A stretch of 64,000 nt of DNA from Hyphochytrium catenoides (taxonomy: Eukaryota; Protista; Hyphochytriomycota): positions 1-64,000 of the forward strand of contig FLMG01000540.1 in assembly GCA_900088475.1 (NCBI GenBank), read 5' to 3'. How positions within the stretch are numbered: position 1 is the stretch's first letter; every line of letters starts with the position of its first letter. Under the pieces are notes generated by a model that was not told where the DNA came from, did no database searches, and saw only the letters and a list, made by a program, of their open reading frames with translations. A program made the translations under genes and the position numbers. Below, one piece after another: positions 48,891 through 64,000 of this stretch.

Positions 48891-51800
48891 TTATTGTATT
48901 CCAGCTGCAGAGAACGTCCTTTTGTGACCACCAACTACTTGATTACTGTTACCTTTCTCCTCCCCTTCCCTTTCTGTTGGCTTCTGGACCAATGTTGCTA
49001 GCTGCTTTCTAAGCATATAATAGAAGCAGAGTGGGAGCGGGGCGTTCTTGTTCAGAAGGTTTCTTGCATAGCTCTCGGTACAAGGGAGTTCTACCAGACG
49101 AGGTTTTCCTAGGATAGTTAGGTAGAGTTAGTTTTCGAGCGATAGATCTTAGCGTTGCGATGAATGGGCCAAGATAGAGGAAGTGTCACAACACAATGAG
49201 GTCGCTTACCTTCCCCTGGCATGTCCTCAAAGCGGAGCTTTACGTCAAATGTGGGCGCCTCTTCTCCTACCTGCACCTCGACTAGGAAGGCCTTGCCAGG
49301 GAAAGCCTTCTGTACCCTAAATAGAAGTCGGGCAGGAGATCCGGACTGGTTGATCGCAATGGGAATCGGCCCTATAAAACGGAGAAGAAACACAAGTCAA
49401 TAGATGAGAGAAGGTATGAGCCTAAAATGCCTCCAACGGTCTTAAGTAGCATCTGGGGTTCCGATTGGGAGCGCACTGCATAATAGGGTTCAAGGCAGGG
49501 ATTCATACAGTGTAGAGAGCTTACGTGTCATGACGCCATCCTTGGGTTTCCTTTTGCCATAATGTGCAGTGCTAAGGCAACTGTAGAGAAGCGTGTCGGA
49601 CATCACTTGCTGACGGATAATGGATAATACTTTCTTCAGAACTTCTGGCCGTGTTGCCATGTTTTGCTGAAAGGATAAGTGTCCGAGGCCGTGAGAGAAC
49701 AGATCCAGAGATTTAGGGTCTGCTCTGAATGGAGTGAGCACCTATTTCCTTCACCTGCAGCGGAAGAGCCCAAATGTCCATTGTGGTGGGGACAATGACT
49801 GCTGGTAGCTTGAAACTCTGTCTGAGCACATGATGGTCTTCGCCATGTGCTACCGTCACCACACCAGTTACCTCCGGAACAGCCCGCAGAGTTTTGGCAC
49901 CTCGTTCTCCGAAGTCTTTATTTATTCGCACCATGTCCTGTGGATCGTCAGAACTTCAGCTTCCGGGTATAAGGAGGTGGTAAACGTGGAAGGTGTTTCC
50001 GGGTATAAGTAGGTGGTAAACGTGGAAGGGCAGAGTACTTTTCGAAGCCAGCGCAGGGGCTGTCGGAAGCATTACCTGTAAGAAGCTATTCGTCACACTT
50101 GTACTGTGATGAGAGCCTGGTCCGGGATCCGGCTCGCCTGCAAGGATTGCAGCCAGTCTAGTCGCTGTCTGTGCATTCACAGAGAGTGGTTTGGACAACA
50201 ACAGTTGGAACGCTACCTGAAAATAATGGCAGTTGTTAGACGGACACGTCGTTTTACATTTGAAGAGATAAAGAATGGGGCTATCTTACCTCTCCTCGGA
50301 AAATTGCAAAGCCTACAATGATATCCACCTCCCCAACGCAAAGTCGGATGTTTTGATCCCCCACAGTGTTTCCGCTGCTTGGAGGGAGAATGATGTTGGC
50401 TTGAAAGCGCCATGTAAGAATCCGGGTCACTGATAGTACAAGGAGCTTAAACTAGATAGCTTACTCGAGCTCTTCACCTCCAGCCAAGGACAATGGGTAG
50501 AGACGCGAATCTGCCATCCATCCATTTTGTAGGTTACATCCAGACCATCCTGCGGCAGAGGGGATAACAAGCATTGTAAGATTTTCGGAACATCCAGCCG
50601 AGATCAAGGGGGAAGGGATGTGGTCCCAGACGAGCTTAGCAAGCGGCAAGCATGGCGTAAAGATGGTTTACCATGTCACTACAAACTTCCTGGAGTCTCT
50701 CTGCCAACGAAGTCTCCAGGAAATGAATATCTACAGCTGTGGCAGTGGGTCAGTCATGTGTAAGAGTATAAAGCGTATGAGGTTACATTACAATCTTTGT
50801 GGGCCGCGCACAGCTGAGCCTTTTTGACAAGTCTGCCAAGCTTCGCCTAGCGAGTTAATCGTTTGGAGAAAGCTTGTTAGGGGTAACCGTATACATGGAA
50901 AAGAATTCACATACCTTCAGAATGTCTGCGTTGCCATCCTTCAATGCAGTTATACTTGTTAGTAGATCCGCATCCGCATTAGCCGACTCTTTCGTGAGAC
51001 CTCCTGCACCCCATACGCGGCCGTCAGCGGTCTTTCATGACTTCATTGAAGATCCATACGCAACACGAGCAACATCTTTCGCACAAAGCAAAAGTGAAGA
51101 CAGAGCAGAAACATAGAAAAATCAAAAGGTTAGCCAAAGACACTGGGACCTAGGAACAGTTGAGTAAACCTTTCACTATTTGGGTAAGCTTGGCCTTGCT
51201 CACAGCTCCCTGTCTCCGCAGTCAGTCATCGATAGATAACTTGTANNNNNNNNNNNNNNNNNNNNNNNNNNNNNNNNNNNNNNNNNNNNNNNNTAAGTTC
51301 GTCAACTGTGACCTCAAGATTGACGCTAGGACTTGACAGTTCTCGCGCTAGTCGTTCGAATTGTGATAATATGTGGAAGCTGCCGAGGCGATTTGCAGCC
51401 ACTGCTTGCCGCCTTCGGACCTCAGTCCTCACGTCGCTCACACCATCCTGGACACTGCGTAGCAAAGTTGAGCTTGAATGTCCTTTCTAACGGAACCGCG
51501 GGCAGTACCGCACTTACCCCTCTTTGATAAGCTTCAGATGCCCCCTAACATTCTTATGGTCGTAGCTAAGCTTGACGTACTTCTGATTCTCCATGCACCA
51601 TTGACGGTACTAAATGAAGAAGATTGGTGAGAGACTCCGCTTCTGTAATGACGCTAACGAGTGTGGCAGAAGAACATCTAACTTTACCGTGTTTAAGACC
51701 GTCTCTACATAGTTCAGCCCATGCAACCAGTGTTCTTTCTCTTTCGTCATCGTCTTGATAACATCGGTCACTGCAGTTGACAAACAGAGACAACTTCACT

Positions 51801-51987
51801 AATAGAGACGACCAGATGATCAAAGTAGTTTGTACCACTCACCATGCTTCGTAAAGGTCCCCGGGTCAACAGATTTCTCAGGATTTACCAGGCTGTCCGG
51901 AAGGATCTTATCGACCGAATCTGCCAAGTAGTCTACGACAAATCTGACGGACGGCGAGTGGACCTTTTGCTTCTGCTGCTGATCCAT
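48891..51987 (-). CDS. Divergent multi-exon protein, candidate Mediator subunit MED1
   Basis: Motifs collinear with the Med1 domain as I recall it: SQFERLAREL, GAVSKAKL, LETSL, VAFQLLLSKPLSVNAQTATRL, RPEVLKKVLSIIRQQVMSDTLLYSCL and CTESYARNLLNKNAPLPLCFYYMLRK. Spans an N gap at 51246-51293. Confidence 0.5.
49961..50029. repeat. 36-bp tandem duplication, probably intronic
   Basis: TTCCGGGTATAAG(G/T)AGGTGGTAAACGTGGAAGG at 49961 and 49997. Confidence 0.9.
51246..51293. other. Assembly gap (N run)
   Basis: 48 N. Confidence 0.99.
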
Positions 51988-52863
51988 GATGGTCTTGGCC
52001 CTACGCTTCTAGCGCGCTGCCTTCCTCTTAGGTACGCCAATATGTCTAACGAGTCCTATCTCATTAATAGGTGTGCTCCCCCACAGCCAGAGACGGAGCT
52101 TTTAAATATGGTTAAACTCCTCATCAGCCTCCATCAAGGAGTGGACCACAGCTGGATTCAGGAAGATGAAGGGACGGCCACTAGGAGGTAGAGATGCAGA
52201 CTCTGTTGCTCCCTACATGAACACGCGCGTCCTTGCAACTGTGCCCATGCTACCGTCTTAAACTCTTGAGTCCTGATGCCAGATGAAGAAAGGTTACAAG
52301 CTCCATTGAAGAAGAAGAGATCTTCTCAATGACCATCATCATGTCATGCTCCTCTCACAGAACTCAATGAAGGTCCGATGAGATCAAGACATCCCCCAGG
52401 AACAATAAAATCACTCTCAGACTGACTGATAAATGACTAAACGCAGAATCAGATCGTTTGGACATTGATGTGCCCTACCCCATTCCTTTGTAGCCCCATG
52501 AGCTATAGGTATTGACACTAGTTTATGTCCAACTTATGCATTTATCCCTCTGGGTTACCTAGAACACTGGATTCGTAAGAGGAGGTAGACTCCTAGGAGT
52601 AAATTTCCCTTGACAGCCTGCCAAGAATCGGCTCCAATGATTCTGTAGGAAATGCAGATCCCAAGCTCTGTAAAGCCTTCTCTTCTAGAACTATAGTTCT
52701 CAAGCCATCAGACCACTTCAATTTGATATCTGAAGCTCATACAGACATCCCAACACTCTGTTCAGGGCGATTCTGCCACCTAGGTGTTCACAGCAGTCCT
52801 CACTTGTCATCACTCCATCCTTGACTGGCCTGCTTGAAAGAGCGAAGAAAGCCAAGGTGGAAC

Positions 52864-53697
52864 ATGAGTCATCATCAGAGGATCCCTCTTTTCTATAAGC
52901 AATTTCCTCGGAAGCTCAAGAAATATCCAGTTATTCCCAAATGGAATATCGTCAGAGGAGATTTCGTGAGTGGGGAGGAGAGAGATTGGCTTCATGGGGA
53001 GGTACACACTCACTGACTTACTTCATAGGTGGAGCTACTTGCAGGAAAGGATGCCGGTAAGCAGGGTACTGTCACAGCTGTTCGAAGAGAGAGGAATCAA
53101 GTCTTTGTTGAGGGGCTCAATCTGGTAAGCTAGCAGCGAACAGCATGCTTACTTTCAGAATTCTTAGACGTCGTGGTGTGGATCAGCACACTCGGCGGAT
53201 CAAGGCCAAACAGGGGGTCCCAGGTGAAATCAAGGTGTTGCCAGGGCCTATCCATTACTCGAATGTTGCCCTTGTCGATCCATCCACAGGGTAAGCAAAG
53301 CTCACAGAAGCTAAACCCATACACTCTAATCGGGGGGCGTCATTACTACTCACAAAACAGGAAGAAGACAAGAGCTACTAGACGCTTCCTTGAGGACGGC
53401 ACCAAGGTGCGGGTATCCGTTCACACGGGTACCATCATACCAAAACCAGAGATACTTAAGGAGAGGCGCCAGCCTCGATCGAAAGGTATCTCTCTTAGGC
53501 CTTTTCGCTTCTTACTCCATTTGCAGCTTTACGAGCTCCATTTGCTCTTGCTATGCTGTCCGTCTTCCCTGCCATTGTCTGACGACCATGACGTCACTAA
53601 ACGCCATTGTTACCTTACAGAACTTGGGCCTAGGGACACACCCACTGACTTGGCGTGGAAGAAGACTGTAGAGGATTTCGACGACCTCCATTTGTAG
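52864..53697 (+). CDS. MRPL24: Mitochondrial ribosomal protein uL24m
   Basis: KWNIVRGDF|[15 protein letters not shown] (KOW)...[50 protein letters not shown] and GPRDTP; four introns. Confidence 0.92.
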
Positions 53698-53885
53698 GCT
53701 TGGGTGAATAGACGCGATACGGTTTACCGGAAGAAGGGAGTTGTCCTCCTACGGCTTCGCAGTTAAAGAACACTTATTTAATATTGTATGGCACTTTTGG
53801 TGACTATTGTGGACGATTATTTGTTCGTTCGTGCGTCACCGTGGGTCTGATGGCTACCTTCTCCTTCTTCTGATTGGCTAGCGGC

Positions 53886-60259
<6,374 letters not shown>

Positions 60260-61417
60260 CTGACACGCGAACCTATTTCGAGGTCGAGTCTTGATGCTGT
60301 TGATTGAAGAACCAGGCTGAAAAGATCTAGCCAGTGAGGAAGCTGAAGTCGAAAATGCAGCAAATAGCCTCTCTTGGTCTACAAGAGGGTCAGTGCGTCC
60401 TCTCCCCTTCGGACCGGGCCTAAGCACCGGAGGCCCATCAACTCTTAAAGGCAGACCTGCTATGAGGCAAGGGACGGCATGTCAATGCTGCATCAAGCAG
60501 GCTGATAAAGATTCCTCGAGGACAACTCTTAAGGACGACTGGCGCTCTAGGCGATAAGGAACGATTTGCCAAAGAAAACTTCTAGCTACGCGGCAACCTT
60601 AGCCATGCCATCAATCTGAAGTCCTTTACCTACATACAGCAAATAACTCACCTAGGCATCAGAGTCCATGACGTTCTTGGTAGATGATGAAGCTTGAAGA
60701 CTGATTATTATTGAGAAAGAGCTGTGGCTTGTTGACAGGAACTGTACGTTGTACTCTTATTAGGCAGCGAGGTTCGCAATCCGCAAAGAGACAGAGTCTA
60801 GCGGAGGAAGAAGAGGGAAAAGGCAAGTCCAAAGCCACGAGACAGAGTCACATTAAACCAAAGGGAATGCCCACCAAGTGAGAGTTGAGGTTGAAAGAAG
60901 GTAACGTACCCCAGCGAAAGATTCAGCAAAAATTCACAGATGGTACTGAAGGTTTCATTACTCCTGGGGGATTGCTCGGGGTTACTGGTCTCTGGTGGAG
61001 CTTGACAGATTTTGGTTGACTTCAGGAATCGTGAGAGACGAGACAGAGGTGATAGATGTACAAAAGTACATAGGCACAGTGTGTTCATAGCGAATAAGAG
61101 TCTGAAGAGAAGGAGGGTGATCACTCTCTTAGCCATAGCCGCGCCAGAGATTCATGCAGATGATGATCAAGAAGGTGTCATCCTCCTGCTCGCGCTGCAA
61201 CCCATAGAACTACTGCGGTAGCAGCTAGGCTTTGCTTTTAGCAGAACGCGTGCCGTGGGAGCTCCTTGCATACGCGTATCCCAGGGTTCACGGTAGCCTT
61301 TTAGCAGCCACTTTCTGTACCCTCCTTAGGCAGGCTTCGGGCAACTAGGCAGTCCATGGTGCTAGTGCCTTCTTTCTTGCCCGAACAGAGCTGTGTGTAG
61401 AGGGGTTGGGCAAGGAA

Positions 61418-63129
61418 TGTTCACAGCTCGGCACAACGCCAGGATGTATCGAGTACGAAGGCCGGGTCTCTTAGAACTACTCCCGGTCGCAAGACCACGG
61501 AGTGTCGCCGTTCCTGGATATGTTAGACACCTTAGCTTGGCTAAACCACGACACGGCTTCGATCGCGTTAACGGCATCACTAATGCAAGACAGGTATGGT
61601 ACCTTACGCCACAGTCTGGGAGGAATGGCTTCTTCCTTTTTGGTTCCTTTACGTCGCTGCTTACCCTCCTCCTTCTCCCACAGAGCGTGTTGCCAGTAAG
61701 CTGGGCTGCATCACAATACTCCCTGATTGGCTGGCGCTGCTATAGCAAGCGACGCTCCACCCCTCCTGCAAGGCGCTCTTCGCGAGATCCTGATGAAGAT
61801 GACGTATTTGAGGAAGAGCCGACAGACTCTAAGGTTGACTCGCCAACCTGGAAGCTTAGACAGAAGATAGCTGAAAAGCTGAGGTCAGCGTATGCAGCGA
61901 GCAGAGGGAACATGTTTCAGAAGAGTGCTGCAGCCGATGAAAGTGAGGATTCCTCTAGGGAGAGCCAGGAGGAACTTGAAGAAAGTGAAGATGTGTCAGA
62001 AGATTACTTAAAGGAGGAAATCTTCAAACTTGAGCGCTACATCGCAGCCTACGTACAAAAGCAGAAGCGAGAAGGTAAAGAAGTGGATATATCAACTCTA
62101 TTCGCGGTTCAAGAGGATTTAGACTGCGAAGGTGTGGAGCCAGACGATGCCTTGGAGGACTATCAGGAGGAAGAAAAGATCACGTCGCTTAGCCCTCTCC
62201 TTCCCCGCTATCACGAACTGAGAAGAATTCGTAAGAAACAATTGCGCGAGGAGTTCTTGGCTCAGAATCGTCCAGGTGCCCCCATCAAAGACGATGAGGA
62301 TTATAAAACTCGGCCCCTCATCTCCCTGGCAGACTTGGCCCAATTAGAAGTGTACCGTATTTCCAAACTTCCCGCCGAACAGAGACCCGCAATGTTGGGC
62401 CAGTACCAGATGAAGCTTGAGGATGTAGAGCTCCCAACCTACTCCATGCCTCCTCCACCAGAAGATATGGGGGAGCACTACGAGCCTACCCGTCAGGAGT
62501 TCGAGAGGATAGTCCGGGCAATTGGCTCTGCGCGGTCCATACCGCCATCTAGAAGGAAGGAGGCTGTTGATATTGCATTGAAGGTTTGGCAGGACTTTTT
62601 GGATGAAAACTGGGACGCAGAGGACTTCCAAGGCGAATATGAGAACGAGGAGGTCCAGACGTTGTTGCGCGCTCAAGCTCTACAGGCTCTTCAAAAGTCT
62701 GAGCAGTTCTCTCCGGATGACTCTGACGAAGAATACTTCGAGGATGAGAACTGGGATGGTGATGAGCTAGACTTTGATTCAGATGAGGATGTCGATGACC
62801 TCGATGATATTGATGGCAAAAAAGATAAGTCGGACGACTTCGAGGATCCCCAGGGACACTACTGGGAAGATGATGACGAGGATGATGAGATTACTGATGA
62901 GACGGCGGGCCACAAGCATACAGAAAAGGAAGAAGAAGCGGATGAAGCTTATGAAGCATACTTGAGGTATCAAGCTGAAGAGAGAGCACGCGCTCAAGAA
63001 GAGGCTTTGCAAGAGTTTACTACAGAGATGGATGAAGAGAAAAGGCGTGCCATTCTTGCTCGAAGAGAAGCCTTCGATGTTAAAGCTATTGGCTTTCCAA
63101 TGAGAAAGAATAGGTACACCCGAGCATAG
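61418..63129 (+). CDS. Unknown D/E-rich protein with an Arg-rich, mitochondrial-presequence-like N-terminus
   Basis: Lies in a 578-aa open frame; first ATG at 61418 gives MFTARHNARMYRVRRP...RHLS. Probable in-frame intron at about 61594-61683; the body is strongly acidic. The 3' end may splice at 63113. Confidence 0.65.
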
Positions 63130-63343
63130 GTAATATGGAGGTCTTTGGTGCTTTTATGGCATGTCCCTCAATGGGAACAACTATTCTCCAGTCCCTTCTT
63201 AACAGAGGTCATTTACTCCAACGTAAGAGTAAGATCGATCTTATCAGAACTGTTCATGATTCCTTTATCCTCCGCTGTCGCGCCTCGTAATCCATGCAGA
63301 TTGTCAGAAAACACAGCCCGCTACTAGAGGGAGCCTGTACAGT

Positions 63344-63805
63344 CTACTCCTGAACTTGATCACGAATAGAAGTCGTTTCCGCCCCAAGCGAAGGCCCTTC
63401 CACTGTAGCTGGAGAACGGGCAAGCCCCTCTTTACTCTCCACCTCAGTAGCACTTTCAGTCGTGACGCTAAAGCTCTTGCAGGGAACAGACAGGAATGGG
63501 CCATCAACCGCTGTGGACTCAGCTTGTTCTCTCGGTGATTGAGGCTCATCTCCTTTAGGTGGCGTATTTTCAACTGACTCATCGTGAGAGGTCCCAAATA
63601 TGGAGGCAGGGATGAGAGAAGACTTTCTCGGGTCGGAGGGTTCTTGCCCCTGCTTCTTCTGGCCGTCGTCAGCCGCGTTTTCCACTCTGACTTCCTCCTC
63701 CGACTCTTCAGGGATGAGAGTGCCCCCCAGCACGTCGTCAGCTCTTCTTTCACTCTGCACATCTGGCAGCATTGACCACCGACGCACATGGTTCTTAGCG
63801 GTCAT
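63344..63805 (-). CDS. Probable terminal exon of an unknown gene that starts beyond the window
   Basis: 153-aa S/E-rich low-complexity ORF with no recognisable motif. Confidence 0.3.
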   Translation of the reverse strand: MTAKNHVRRWSMLPDVQSERRADDVLGGTLIPEESEEEVRVENAADDGQKKQGQEPSDPRKSSLIPASIFGTSHDESVENTPPKGDEPQSPREQAESTAVDGPFLSVPCKSFSVTTESATEVESKEGLARSPATVEGPSLGAETTSIRDQVQE

Positions 63806-64000
63806 ATTCGCAGCCTTGATAGAGTCATTTATATCCCGAACCTATCGTAGTGGCGGATATGGGTTAGAGATGCTCGACGCCAACAGCTGCCACAAACTGA
63901 AACTCCTTTCTGGAGTCATGTCCTTACCCAGCCCGCCTTGAGATCAGCGGTCTCCGCCAGGACCACAAATGTTTTCTTAGGATTGCACAATTTGAAGGCA

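Noticed and set aside
49956-50074. Peptide repeat FHVYHLLIPG in ORF 49956..50201
   Set aside because: It falls between a GT donor (about 50074) and an AG acceptor (about 49938), so it is most likely intronic.
63308-63538. Overlapping sense and antisense coding at the right end
   Set aside because: Both frames are short and unrecognisable; real overlap cannot be told from chance without transcripts.

Overview
Gene-dense, intron-rich eukaryotic nuclear DNA with GT-AG introns of roughly 60-400 nt and two short N gaps. The protein motifs look stramenopile-like, which is my inference. From left to right: a Mutator/MULE DNA transposon with a probable frameshift; a Nudix-23-like hydrolase; a PLAC8 protein; a calpain-like protein lacking the catalytic Cys and His; a 7-exon gene fusing a mitochondrial presequence, an AP2 domain and an RsfS/Iojap/MALSU1 domain (the most striking item); a multi-IQ protein; SERRATE/ARS2; SSRP1 with two HMG boxes; two identical tRNA-Thr(CGT) genes; a triple-CBM20 protein; coatomer beta' with a long ER/K tail; a QRICH2/DUF4795-like coiled-coil protein; a divergent candidate Mediator subunit MED1; mitochondrial uL24; kinesin-1; and an unknown acidic protein that is probably mitochondrial. 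Gene models were spliced by eye and domain calls come from motif recognition, not database searches.
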